DNA of 64,000 bases, taken from positions 128,001 through 192,000 of the IMG/VR virus record IMGVR_UViG_3300028591_000070; one strand, 5' to 3'. Below, piece by piece: positions 30,294 to 40,207 of this stretch. The position numbers and the translations under genes are program-made. Each line of letters opens with the position of its first letter. Positions within the stretch are counted from its first letter, which is position 1. The notes below the pieces were generated by a model. It had not been told where the DNA came from. It searched no databases and saw only the letters and a program-made list of their open reading frames with translations. This DNA comes from a virus (taxonomy: Duplodnaviria; Caudoviricetes).

Positions 30294-33200
30294 ATGAACG
30301 AAGCTTTATTGGCACGAAATTTATGGTTGGAGTATATATTTTTAGGACTTCCTGCAACTATACTCATTGTTAAAATGATTTTGGAACATGTATTTTCAAA
30401 AATAGTTAGAAAACAAAGTGATGCAAAGTTTAAACTTAAAAATGCTTTAGAACAAAAGTATAGTTGTTTTAATTTTTATCATTTCCATAACGCCGATGTT
30501 TTTCTCATGAGAGATGAGCATGGTAAACTTATTTTTGATGATGAGAAAAATGAAATTAAAAAATTATCTCCAGAAGAAGTAAATAAAAAATACCCAGAAC
30601 TTGAAAATGATTATCAAAAATTACAAAAACTTGAAAATGCAAACCCAAGACTTAAAAAAATATCCCACTTTTTAAGTGGATTATCTGTGTGTGATGTTGG
30701 CTGGTGGCTTGGATATTGTATTACAAGTTGGTTTTTATTATTTGCATGTTTAATAACTATGAGTTGTTCATCCACAGAATTTGACTCAGAAAAAGCATTT
30801 TATAACAATGGAAAATATACAGCTATTACTCAGTTTGAAGATTATGAGTCACTTCCTGACTGGGATAAAAATGCTAAAGTTTATATTCATAAAGCTGAAT
30901 TAGTAAATGAGTCTTATTTTAAGGAAGATGGTTCATTTAAGCCTGGAGTTTTAGGTTATATCATTCCAGATGAAAATGGAAATTACCCTATTTTAGATGA
31001 TAATGGCAAACCCACTGGAAAATATTTAGAGTCAATTAATACTAATCAGATGTATAAAAGTTTTTTAAAGCTTTGCCAAAGTGAAGAAGAGGTATTAAAA
31101 TGATTTTATTTAAGTGTGATATTTGTGGAGTAGACTGCAAAGAAAAAGTAATCTCCTGTCAACTTGTCTTTGGCGCAAAAAATATTTCTACAAATGAAGT
31201 TAAAGCAACTGCAACAATGCATGCAGTAGATTTGTGTGAGTCATGTTTTAACAAAGTATGGAAGGTCATGGGTTATACTGATGGTGATATGACCTCTATA
31301 AAGGATGTTTTATGAAATATTATGTATTAAATGGCGCTAAGAAATATGATAATGTTCAAAATGAAGATAAAGGTTGGTATAGAAACTGGGCTGTAGTTCT
31401 CGAGCTTACTGATGGTCAGAAATATGTAGGTTATCATTCTGAAACTTATTATTGGGAAGGTTCAGGCTGGGAAGATAATCACTATGGACCTAGATATTGG
31501 TCTAAATTGCCTGAAGATTTTTATGAAAAATATCATCAAGTTGGTGGTGAAGAGTGTTCAGAAGCTTGTGAAGCTTTATGGTATAAATTTAAGGAAGAGG
31601 ATAATAAGGAAAAAACAGAAATGGAAAAAGCAACAAACTCTAAAATGGAATTTCTAAAAAGTTTAGAAACAGAAAATGCACATTCATCTGTTACTAAAGA
31701 AATTATTAATGACATGAAAAAGAAATATGAAAATATGTCAACTACAAGTATTAAAGAAGTAATGAGTTGGCTTCTTGAAGATAAAGATGTAGTTTATCGT
31801 CCTGTTCATCCTGGCATTCCTGATAGTGAAGCAGGAGAGTGGCTAAAAGTTGATCCTAAAAATCCAATTTTAGCTGAAGATTATGAATATCAACTCGCAG
31901 AAAAAACAAAAAGTATGTGGACTTTTAGAGTTCCAGATTGGCATTTTGAAGCATCATCTAGAGAAGACGCTTTACAAATAGCATATAAATATATAATGGA
32001 AAATCCAGCAAGTATCGTAGTTTATCCAGGAGCGAAAGGTGACCCACTTTTTTAGAGTAATAAAAAACTATTTTAATATTCCATATCAAAGAACTCTTCT
32101 TGTTACATTGGATAGTGGAAAACAGATTTATTGTGAAAGAAGAGCTTTTGCTAGTTTTGAAGCAAACAAACAGTGGCTAAAAGAATGGCCAAACCTTAAA
32201 GGTAGAGGTGGCAAATACAAAATCTATGAAGGCATTTGGAACCTTTTTCCAGATGATGGAATTGGTTTTGTCCCTCTTAAGCAAATTAAAGATTGTAAGT
32301 ATCTAAAAAATGAAGAAGATTTTAATCAGTATAAAGCCTATCGTCTTAGATATTATGAAGAGCATCCAGTTGAAATGTATATGCCTGAAGAAAGAGATGG
32401 CGATACTAAAAAGTTTTTAAAATGGATAAATCAACCTAATGTTCAAGAAATGATTAGAAATTGGGTCGATGGATATGGTTATTCAGATGCTTATAATTGG
32501 GAAAGTCCAGATATTTTAATGGAGCATATTTATAAAGCAGGACTTAAGGAAGGTAGAGATGGCAGAGTTTAATTTTGAAAAATGGAAAGCAGATAAAAAG
32601 TTTGTAAGTCTTTTAAATAGGTATTATACCGAAAGGCAGTTTTATGAAGAAGCTGTACGAAAGTATAATAAAACAAAAGAAACTTATAGACACTTTTCTA
32701 AAGAAGAAAATCAGCTTAGAAAAAGTGTGGAACAATTGAGAAGAGCTCATGGTTTTGGAATGTCTTCTGATAAGGAATGGTCGGCCTTTTATAATAAACA
32801 TTTTATTCCACTTACAATGATGAAGAAAAGTGAATTGAATAAAATTCATGCTGAGGATTGTAAACGAGCTAAAGAATTGGTTAAATTACATCAGCATTTA
32901 TTTAATAAGGCCTTTTTGGAGCTAAAAGAATTTATTTCTCATTATGGTCCTTTTTAGTAGTTAATATTTTAATGAGGTATAAGAAATGAATATATTTCGT
33001 TTTATTTTATTTGTAATTGCCCTTTGTTTTAGTATTGCTTATTGGTGGTACTGTTATGAAAATGGAATTACAGATTTTGTTGGACATTTTTTAGATGAAG
33101 ATGGATTTATTGCAAAGTTTTTATCATTATTAATTGTTGCAGCTTCTATTGGTCTTGTTGTTTGGGCTTTTTTGTCTTGGCTTGGTCCGCTTTTACCGCC

Positions 33201-34548
33201 ATCAGATATACAAACTGTGATTCAAGAGGCAGAGCAAGCTGGAGTTGTTTTTGAATAAGGAGATATTATGACAGTTTATATTATTATAGAGCATGAATTA
33301 AGGAGTGGAACTTCTTATATTTATAATGTTTATCTTGATAAGAAAAAGGCTAAAATTGAAGTTGACAAATTAAATGACTCATGCGGTGAAGATGTTGATT
33401 ACACTCTTGAGTCTCATACAGTAGAGGAGTAAAAAATGGATTATACAAAAGAAGCGCATATTTTTAGAAAAAAGCCTGTAAATATTACAGCAATTCAGTG
33501 GACTGGAAATAATGTTGAAGAGGTAAAGGCCTTCTTTGGTGGAGATGCTAAAAAGTGTAGTAATCTTGTGGACCTTAATGACCAGCCTATAAAAGGAAAT
33601 TTGATTATCGAGACTCTTGAAGGTAATCATACTGCTTCACCAGGTGATTTTATTATTCGTGGTGTTAAAGGTGAATATTATCCCTGTAAGCCAGATATCT
33701 TCGAGCAGACTTATGAGGTTGTTGAATAATGCATGTTTTTCAATATAAAAAGAATAAAAAGATCGAACACTATAAGTATACATGCCTTTCTGGTCTTTTT
33801 ATTCAAGACATGGACTACTATAGAAATAAATTAAATATTGCCCACCAAAGAGCTTCTTCTGCAAATAGACAGATTATTGAAGCAAAGATTAAACTAACTC
33901 AAGCTTTTAAAAACGAACCTCATAGTGAACACCTTAAACAATTAAAAGAAGAATATCACAAGATTAAGCAAGAATGGAAAGAAGCTTCAGATGAAGTTAT
34001 CTCTACAAGATATTGGCTTAATTGTGCATATAGAGCTTATGCAAAATTTAGATTTTTATACCCAAATATAAATGTTGAAGAAAATCTTGTAGATAATCAT
34101 TATAGGAGAAAAAAGCATGAGAAAGTTGACACATCTAGATAAAAAGATTTTAATCTCAAATCAGAGAATATTTGAATTAGAAGACCCAAAAAGAAAAAGA
34201 GCACATTTCCTTTGGTTTAAGCTTACAAAGTTGAATAAACTTGCTAAGAAATATGATGTTGAATTATATACAATTCCAAAAGAATTTCATAAGAATTATG
34301 TCTTTAATTATAAAAATAAGAAAGGTGAAGATGCGGTGTATCAACCATTATGCCGAATTACAACAGGTATTTGGACCAAAGATAAAGACTTGTTTTTGTT
34401 TAAACACCTTAGAGAAAGCTGTCCAGATAAAAGACTAATAGTATTTATTGCTTTGCCTTATTTTGAAGGTGGTAAAATAGTACGAAGAAATTTTTATAAG
34501 GAAACTGGTCCTTGTGCCTATCTTGATTTTTTAGTTATGAGTAAATAA
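30294..34548 (+). CDS. Plus-strand block of hypothetical ORFs (30294-31103 membrane, 31100-31315 CxxC, 31312-32055, 32039-32572, 32559-32957, 32986-33258 membrane, 33729-34142, 34117-34548)
   Basis: Overlapping start/stop codons, ends at terminator 34553-34577. Confidence 0.65.
33436..33729 (+). CDS. Conserved phage protein of the PGDYG-like family
   Basis: 'FRKKPV.I.AIQW...TLEG...ASPGDFIIRGVKGEYYPCKPDIFEQTYE'. Confidence 0.75.
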   Translation: MDYTKEAHIFRKKPVNITAIQWTGNNVEEVKAFFGGDAKKCSNLVDLNDQPIKGNLIIETLEGNHTASPGDFIIRGVKGEYYPCKPDIFEQTYEVVE

Positions 34549-34552
34549 AAAG

Positions 34553-34577
34553 AAAGCCACTCAATTGAGTGGCTTTT
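34553..34577. terminator. Bidirectional terminator; ends tRNA operon A
   Basis: aaagccactc-aatt-gagtggctttt. Confidence 0.85.
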
Positions 34578-34595
34578 ATTATTTTGTTTTTTAAA

Positions 34596-34684
34596 TTCTG
34601 AGGGCGGGATTCGAACCTGCACGACTCGGGTATGAGTCACCAGAATCAAAATCTGGGGAGATACCAATTACTCTTTACCTCAGA
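34596..34684 (-). tRNA. tRNA-Gln(TTG) with atypical long variable arm (operon A)
   Basis: ccaga-TTTTGAT-tctgg, then hairpin gactc/gagtc. Confidence 0.75.
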
Positions 34685-34691
34685 GTGAAGA

Positions 34692-34776
34692 CGGATAAGG
34701 TGAGATTCGAACTCACGGAAAGTTTCCAATCACTTCCTTAGCAGGGAAGCCACATAAACCACTCGTGCACTTATCC
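34692..34776 (-). tRNA. tRNA-Ser(GCT) (operon A)
   Basis: cttcc-CTGCTAA-ggaag, long variable region, G73. Confidence 0.9.
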
Positions 34777-34786
34777 ATAATAAAAT

Positions 34787-34869
34787 TAGGAGCGGTTGGA
34801 TTTGAACCAACATCCACCAGTTAGACGCATTATACTGGACGGTTTATAAGACCGCGCTCATACGCTCCT
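34787..34869 (-). tRNA. D-armless tRNA-Ile(TAT)-like (operon A)
   Basis: Acceptor aggagcg/cgctcct, 7-nt linker instead of a D arm, gcggt-CTTATAA-accgt, long V hairpin, normal T arm. Confidence 0.65.
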
Positions 34870-34877
34870 ATGGTAGT

Positions 34878-34943
34878 TGGCTACAAGCGAGTCGGACGCT
34901 TCGAACTAGCCTTATGAGAGCCAGTTGGCAAACCTGCGTAACC
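34878..34943 (-). tRNA. Compact tRNA(CAT)-like, Met or Ile2 (operon A)
   Basis: 7-bp anticodon stem around CTCATAA, minimal D region, 3-nt variable loop, T loop TCCGACT. Confidence 0.55.
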
Positions 34944-35110
34944 AAAGAAAAATAGCTAGTTCAACATCATTCTGCAGGGTCACTAGCCTTGTTGTCACGT
35001 GGTTTTTTCCTTTATTGGAATGTGATACTTGCTTTCATATCATCTTTTCAGGTCGCAAACCTTCCATAAAGTAAGACAACGTTCTGCACTCCGGAACTTC
35101 CCCAGAATTT

Positions 35111-35183
35111 TTCTAGCGGTAGGAGTCGGACCCACACAAGCTTGATCCAGAGTCAAGAGCACTACCTATTATGCTACGCTAGA
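35111..35183 (-). tRNA. tRNA-Gln(CTG) (operon A)
   Basis: cttga-CTCTGGA-tcaag, U1-A72. Confidence 0.85.
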
Positions 35184-35184
35184 G

Positions 35185-35258
35185 TCGGCAAGATGGGACT
35201 CGAACCCATAAAATTCACATTTTGAGTGTGACACGTATTCCAATTCCGTCACTCACCG
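35185..35258 (-). tRNA. tRNA-Leu(CAA), short variable loop (operon A)
   Basis: tcaca-CTCAAAA-tgtga. Confidence 0.8.
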
Positions 35259-35264
35259 AAAACA

Positions 35265-35393
35265 AAAAGAAATAAGAATAAGCAAAAGAGTTCTGTGGGA
35301 CTTGAACCCACAAGCCATAAGGCGTTTGATTTGCGATCAAAATGAGTATACCAATTTCTCGAAGTAACTCTTTCAAACTGCATTATTTCTTTT
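35265..35393 (-). ncRNA. Y-RNA (YrlA-like) module carrying a non-permuted Leu-type tRNA body
   Basis: AATGCAG..GAGTTACTTCG motif and terminal stem; internal D arm, tttga-TCGCAAA-tcaaa, V arm, T arm. Confidence 0.7.
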
Positions 35394-35397
35394 ATAA

Positions 35398-35479
35398 TGG
35401 GCCTGGAGAGATTCGAACTCTCAATCCTTTCGGCGCCTGCCCCTTAAACAGGTGTGCATACCAATTCCACCACAGACCC
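35398..35479 (-). tRNA. tRNA-Leu(AAG) (operon A)
   Basis: cctgt-TTAAGGG-gcagg, long V arm. Confidence 0.85.
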
Positions 35480-35487
35480 AAATAAAG

Positions 35488-35569
35488 TCGACCAGGAGGG
35501 ATTTGAACCCTCAATCCTTACGGCGTCCGATCTTAAGTCGGATGTGCATTCCAGTTCCACCACTGGTCG
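35488..35569 (-). tRNA. tRNA-Leu(TAA) (operon A)
   Basis: tccga-CTTAAGA-tcgga, long V arm. Confidence 0.9.
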
Positions 35570-35576
35570 ATAAATA

Positions 35577-35647
35577 TGTGCTGGAGGGGAGTTGAACCCC
35601 CATGTGAAGAACCACAATCTTCCGTCCTACCGTTGAACGACCAGTAC
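35577..35647 (-). tRNA. tRNA-His(GTG) (operon A)
   Basis: gaaga-TTGTGGT-tcttc. Confidence 0.85.
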
Positions 35648-35649
35648 AG

Positions 35650-35722
35650 TCCCGCTGAGAAGATTTGAACTTCCACTTTATAGATTCTAAGTCTACTGCC
35701 TCTGCCGTTGGGCTACAGCGGG
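35650..35722 (-). tRNA. tRNA-Leu(TAG), short variable loop (operon A)
   Basis: gtaga-CTTAGAA-tctat. Confidence 0.85.
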
Positions 35723-35731
35723 AAAATAAAG

Positions 35732-35804
35732 TGTGAATGGTTGGAATCGAACCAACGACACGAAAATTTTCGGTCTTCTGCTCCACCTACTGAGCCACAT
35801 CCAC
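35732..35804 (-). tRNA. tRNA-Phe(GAA) (operon A)
   Basis: gaaga-CCGAAAA-ttttc (C33). Confidence 0.8.
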
Positions 35805-35811
35805 ATAAGAG

Positions 35812-35882
35812 CCCGGAGACAGGGAGTCGAACCCCAACTTTTGGATCTTCAGTCCAAAGCACTTCCGTTATGCAACCTCCGG
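35812..35882 (-). tRNA. tRNA-Phe(GAA), first gene of operon A
   Basis: ttgga-CTGAAGA-tccaa. Confidence 0.8.
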
Positions 35883-35931
35883 AAAATAAAAAACCCTCTC
35901 GATTTTTTCGAGAGGGCTCTATAAAAATTAA
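35883..35931 (-). terminator. Attenuator terminator A
   Basis: RNA cccucucga/ucgagaggg hairpin plus U-tract directly before the first tRNA; 5' arm complementary to the end of leader A. Confidence 0.85.
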
Positions 35932-35960
35932 ACTTATTATGAATCTATCACATATCAAAT

Positions 35961-36068
35961 CTAATTTCTATAAAGTCCTCCACCGAATAGGAGTATAAAC
36001 ATTTGCTGTAAAAACAAATGTAACTGGCTGAGAAAACTAAACTGATGTAAACTCATTGTATTGTTCAT
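35961..36068 (-). CDS. Leader peptide A: MNNTMSLHQFSFLSQLHLFLQQMFILLFGGGLYRN
   Basis: SD aggag; residues 5-28 use only M/S/L/H/Q/F/I, the tRNA set of operon A. Confidence 0.85.
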   Translation of the reverse strand: MNNTMSLHQFSFLSQLHLFLQQMFILLFGGGLYRN

Positions 36069-36154
36069 ACCTATACTCCTTTTATATTAAATTTTATAAT
36101 TTAATTAGTACAGTCACTAAAAGTAACTTACATATTTTATATTAACATAAACTT

Positions 36155-36878
36155 TTAACATGGGTCTCCCCAAGCATTATGTCTTATGTAGGTTGAAAAC
36201 CTGAAACCTTTATTTCTATCAGGTGGAAAAAGATGCACATAACCACTAAGCTCTTTTCTATCCATACCATCAAAAATGGAATATTCTACATACCAACCTG
36301 CATCAGTAAATTGTTTCCATGGAAGAAAGCGAATATCATCTGGAAAGTCTGGACTATCCCAAAAAAGACACGCTCTTGCATCTTCTATGGTATAAGGAAT
36401 TTCAAATACCTTAGTACTTGGATAATTGTTACCCTTATCTAGTTGCTGCTTTAAATCATCAGCAACAGCTTTCATTTTAGCATCAGAGTGCATGTTTATA
36501 TATTTTGCAATAGAATAATCATGTCTCTGTTTAATTTTAGCTTCTTCTTTCTCTACAACTTGTTCATATGTAGGGAAATTTTCCATAAAAACCTTCTTAC
36601 TTTTCAGAAATTAAATCTTCTTCAAAAGACATATGATACAACCAACAAGCTGCAGCTCTGATATTTGCTTCGGCTGCTCCTGGACCTTCAAGTTCAAACA
36701 TTTTAATTAAATCAGGTTCAGTATTGTAAATAGCAACTGCATCACCAGAAAGACCAACGATTAAATCTTCTTTCTTACCATTTTTATGGGTAAGAGTAAT
36801 ACCACCTTCTTTAGCATTCAAAACCTGCTTAAGGCGAGCAATCAGTCTTTTTTCTAAGTCTTCTGAAATTTTAATCAT
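36155..36878 (-). CDS. Two hypothetical proteins (36597-36878, 36155-36586)
   Basis: ORF track; GTATATTCTA motif just upstream. Confidence 0.6.
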
Positions 36879-36919
36879 CTTATTTAGAATATACCTCTTT
36901 GAGTTAAAAAATTCAAATC

Positions 36920-37909
36920 TTAATTATAATCTGGCTCGTCTATTTCAAAGTCATTTTCAAAATATTTATCTGGGTTGGCCAATAATTTTTCTTTAGCTAA
37001 ATTAAAAAGCTTATTTCTTAATTCTGGGTCTGTTACATCTTGCTCATCAGATAATTCTCTCATCATGTCTTTGAGCTGAATACTATTTTCATCAATATTT
37101 ACATCAGACCATGAATAATTTACACTATCGTCATATCCTTGGTCGAGGTCGGCGTTCATTATAAGATAAACTAGATAATAAGTACCATCTAATTCAACTT
37201 CAATTTCTTTTTCATATTCACCAGAAGTATCAGAGCTGGCCCATTTACCACCAACCATGCCATTTCCATCATGTGGAACATATCCAGAGTGGTGATTCCA
37301 TGCTTCATTTAAGATATTTTCAAAAAGTTTTTTACTGTCAACTATATTCATATTATAATTAGTACTTTCATTAAACATCTTTGTTATAGCTTCATCATTT
37401 AATTGTTTTGCTAATGGATCTTCTTTATAATGGCTAATTCTTTTTTGAATAAGCTTTTTGGCATAATCTACACTTTGGTCTATAGGTTCAGCATAAAGAT
37501 GAATTAAAGGAATATCACAACCTTTAATATAAATTTCATCAGATTTTTTAGAAACCTTAAACTTACCAAAAATGAGGTGCTCAGATTCATCTGTCCATTT
37601 TGAATCTGTTTTCTGCATTTCATATGAGAGTGTATCTTTTGAAAATTCTACAACTGCAACTGATTTTCTTCCAACACCATTTGAGATATACATAAGTTTA
37701 TCAATATCTGAGGTAGTGCATGTGATTCTTAAATTGACAATACCTTCATAAAAAAGGCGGTCATCTGAGTCTATAATTCTATAAAGTGTTTTACCAGTTT
37801 TACCTTTTGTGAGAATAGTACGTAAGATTTCTGTAGATACATGGGATTTTCTTAGATATTCATTTTTACCATCTTGCCAGAGTTTTTCCCATTTTTCAAA
37901 TTTTGCCAT
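36920..37909 (-). CDS. Putative ADP-ribosyltransferase-fold protein with acidic C-terminal domain
   Basis: R-S-E-like order: 'TLYR', 'TCTTS', 'DESEHLI.GKFKV'. Confidence 0.45.
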   Translation of the reverse strand: MAKFEKWEKLWQDGKNEYLRKSHVSTEILRTILTKGKTGKTLYRIIDSDDRLFYEGIVNLRITCTTSDIDKLMYISNGVGRKSVAVVEFSKDTLSYEMQKTDSKWTDESEHLIFGKFKVSKKSDEIYIKGCDIPLIHLYAEPIDQSVDYAKKLIQKRISHYKEDPLAKQLNDEAITKMFNESTNYNMNIVDSKKLFENILNEAWNHHSGYVPHDGNGMVGGKWASSDTSGEYEKEIEVELDGTYYLVYLIMNADLDQGYDDSVNYSWSDVNIDENSIQLKDMMRELSDEQDVTDPELRNKLFNLAKEKLLANPDKYFENDFEIDEPDYN

Positions 37910-37935
37910 ATGATAAATTAGTGAGTAATATAAAT

Positions 37936-37962
37936 AAAAAAGAGGCTTATGAAAAGCCTCTT
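37936..37962 (-). terminator. Terminator ending tRNA operon B
   Basis: aagaggctt-..-aagcctctt plus T-tract on the minus strand. Confidence 0.8.
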
Positions 37963-37967
37963 AAAAG

Positions 37968-38045
37968 CCGGAGTAGTAGGAGTCGAACCCACCTTAAAAA
38001 GCTGGTTCCGTAGACCAGTGCACCAATCCGATATGCCATACTCCG
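37968..38045 (-). tRNA. tRNA-Arg(ACG) (operon B)
   Basis: ctggt-CTACGGA-accag. Confidence 0.85.
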
Positions 38046-38056
38046 AAAAATAAAAA

Positions 38057-38128
38057 CAGGAGCGGAAGGACTTGAACCTCCACCTGCAGGTTTTGGAGAC
38101 CTGGATGCTACCATTACACCACGCACCT
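38057..38128 (-). tRNA. tRNA-Trp(CCA) (operon B)
   Basis: caggt-CTCCAAA-acctg, G73. Confidence 0.9.
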
Positions 38129-38137
38129 ATATTAAAT

Positions 38138-38211
38138 TGAGCCCGGACAGATTCGAACTGTCGACCCTAACATTAAAAGTGTTATGCTACTACCATCTGA
38201 GCTACGGGCCC
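38138..38211 (-). tRNA. tRNA-Lys(TTT) (operon B)
   Basis: taaca-CTTTTAA-tgtta. Confidence 0.9.
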
Positions 38212-38220
38212 GAATTGTAG

Positions 38221-38307
38221 TGAGCGTGAGAGGATTTGAACCTCCGATGGGATTTCTCCGGAAGATTAAGAGTCTTCTGTATTCGACCAAGCTATACTAA
38301 CACGCCC
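38221..38307 (-). tRNA. tRNA-Lys(CTT) with long variable arm (operon B)
   Basis: gaaga-CTCTTAA-tcttc plus 15-nt variable region. Confidence 0.8.
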
Positions 38308-38317
38308 ATTTAAGAAG

Positions 38318-38401
38318 TGAGCGTGAATGGAATCGAACCATCCTAGAGGAAAAATCCTCCCAGATTAAAAGTCTGGTGCACGACCAATGTGCCACACGCC
38401 C
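38318..38401 (-). tRNA. tRNA-Lys(TTT) with long variable arm (operon B)
   Basis: ccaga-CTTTTAA-tctgg plus gagga/tcctc hairpin. Confidence 0.8.
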
Positions 38402-38466
38402 ATTAAGATAAATTGTGTTTCCATTTAATTCTGGCCACTTTCTATCCCAATGGACCGAACAGAAAG

Positions 38467-38634
38467 TTATGGCCTCTGTTTCTTCTTCATTTCTTCTTCA
38501 AATTCCTCTAAACGTTTCTTCCGTTTTTCCTCTCTAGATTCTTTATTAGCTTTGGCTTCTTCAGATTCTTTCATTATGTATTCATAAAGCTTTTTAGCTC
38601 CAGGTCCTTTAAATCTTGGTGCGCCACAATCCAT
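38467..38634 (-). CDS. Small Glu/Lys-rich protein (55 aa, MDCGAPRFKGPGAKKLYE...) inside operon B
   Basis: SD aaggaga, open frame; below the ORF-track size cutoff. Confidence 0.55.
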   Translation of the reverse strand: MDCGAPRFKGPGAKKLYEYIMKESEEAKANKESREEKRKKRLEEFEEEMKKKQRP

Positions 38635-38653
38635 ATAAAAAATCTCCTTTAAG

Positions 38654-38726
38654 AGATGGAGGTGGGAGTCGAACCCACAACGATAAGTTTTGCAGACTTA
38701 CTTCCTAGCCTTTCGGATTCTCCACC
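38654..38726 (-). tRNA. tRNA-Cys(GCA) (operon B)
   Basis: taagt-CTGCAAA-actta, U73. Confidence 0.9.
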
Positions 38727-38805
38727 ATAAACTTATTCATTTGTACAAACTTTTAGTTAACATCAATTTCTACGCCACATTCGAGTAATTGACAAACCTT
38801 AGGCT

Positions 38806-38877
38806 TACTGGATGTAGGAGTCGGACCTACCTAAGTCGTCTTGTAAGGGCGATACCTAGCCGATAGGTTAATCCAGT
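38806..38877 (-). tRNA. tRNA-Val(TAC) (operon B)
   Basis: tcgcc-CTTACAA-gacga. Confidence 0.8.
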
Positions 38878-39087
38878 ATAAAAACATATCATGCAAAATA
38901 CTATATAGTCTAAATATAAATGCTGCAGTTTCGAGATTAATCCTAAACCAGTACTTTGCTTCCCAGTTTGTATAGTTCGTCACACTTAGAAACAAATTAA
39001 GCAGCTTTAAACTACTTCTCCCATATTTTGTTCGATATGTCTGTTATTAGGTAGATCTCACTCAACCAAAGCTGATTTCTACCATAG

Positions 39088-39161
39088 TAGTCCAAGATGG
39101 AATTGAACCATCAACCTTCAGTTTATCAGACTGACACTCTAACCATTTGCGCTATTGGACT
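39088..39161 (-). tRNA. tRNA-Ile(GAT) (operon B)
   Basis: tcagt-CTGATAA-actga. Confidence 0.9.
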
Positions 39162-39169
39162 ATAAAATA

Positions 39170-39241
39170 AGTCGTAGATGAATTTCGAAATCACGACCTC
39201 CGAATTGGCAATCCGGCGCTCTGCCTCTGAGCTACTACGAC
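39170..39241 (-). tRNA. tRNA-Gly(GCC) (operon B)
   Basis: ccgga-TTGCCAA-ttcgg, U73. Confidence 0.85.
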
Positions 39242-39247
39242 ATGCAT

Positions 39248-39354
39248 ACCATAGAATATTGCAAAAAGTTTATAATCGCGTTCCCCCATAAATATCCTAA
39301 AAATTAAGATACTTATGGCGGAGAACGAAGTAACTCTTTGACTCCGCTTATGGT
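39248..39354 (-). ncRNA. Y-RNA-like module with long-hairpin cargo
   Basis: AAGCGG..GAGTTACTTCG, terminal stem accata/tatggt. Confidence 0.65.
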
Positions 39355-39359
39355 TTTAG

Positions 39360-39520
39360 TCGGTCGGCAGAGAATCGAACTCCACTTTCCCTTTTACTCT
39401 CACAGAGATGAATTCTACTCCAAAAGGCTTCATTCGTAGTTATTCCTTTCTTCTGTAAAACCATATCTCTATTACCCTCAAGGTGTATTCCTTTCATCTA
39501 CGAAAATCCAGGACGACCGA
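39360..39520 (-). ncRNA. tRNA-shell RNA with large internal insertion
   Basis: Acceptor tcggtcg/cgaccga and T arm GGAGTTCGATTCTC flank >100 nt. Confidence 0.55.
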
Positions 39521-39527
39521 TAATATT

Positions 39528-40106
39528 TTATATCCTTCCAGGTCTAAAACCTTCAGGACATTCTTTTGCTTTTATATTAATTTCTCCATTTGTATACCAA
39601 TGAGTACCAAATTGAGAATTTTTAGATCCTTTTTGATGTTCACTGTTTGTTAAACCAATTTTTCTTTTGGTTTCTTCTGAATGATGTTTACCAGTGAAAG
39701 TATCGTGTTTTTTCCAACCACAATTCTTAAAAAGATCTGGATGTTTTTCTCTTGTAGACTTCCAAGTTTTAGACATCTTAGAATAGTCTATAAACTTTGA
39801 AGTATCTCCTCCATCACCACCTTTAGCAAGATTATATTCTGCTTTACCAATAAGCTTTTGGCAAGCTATCATACATCTTTCAAAGCGATTAATTTGTTCT
39901 TTTGAGAAGAAACCAGAAACAAGAATTCTTTTTTTAAAAGACTTTTTTCCATATTTCTGATATGCTTCTCTAAGAATAGAACCAGAACCCATATATGTAT
40001 CAGATGTAATTGTACGATCTTTACGCACAGTATGCTGACCTATATAAGTTTTTCCATTCGTTAAATTTGTAATTTCATAAATATATCTTATTCGTAATTC
40101 ACTCAT
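39528..40106 (-). mobile_element. GIY-YIG homing endonuclease (Seg-like, NUMOD3)
   Basis: 'YIYEITNLTNGKTYIGQH', 'YMGSG', 'YNLAKGG', 'GKHHSEETKRKI'. Confidence 0.9.
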
Positions 40107-40136
40107 AAGATAATTAGTTAGAAATGTACAAATGAG

Positions 40137-40207
40137 TGGACACAGCCGGCATCGAACCGGTTAAACCTCCGTGCAAAAGAGGTGAGATGCCAAACCTCCC
40201 CAGGCCC
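40137..40207 (-). tRNA. tRNA-Ala(TGC) (operon B)
   Basis: Loop TTTGCAC, G3-U70. Confidence 0.75.

Noticed and set aside
35511-35998. ORF-track ORFs over tRNA clusters (also 40592-40847, 48057-48270, 51148-51357, 53367-53963, 55874-56417)
   Set aside because: They are shadow frames of tRNA/tmRNA genes with no SD or protein-like composition.
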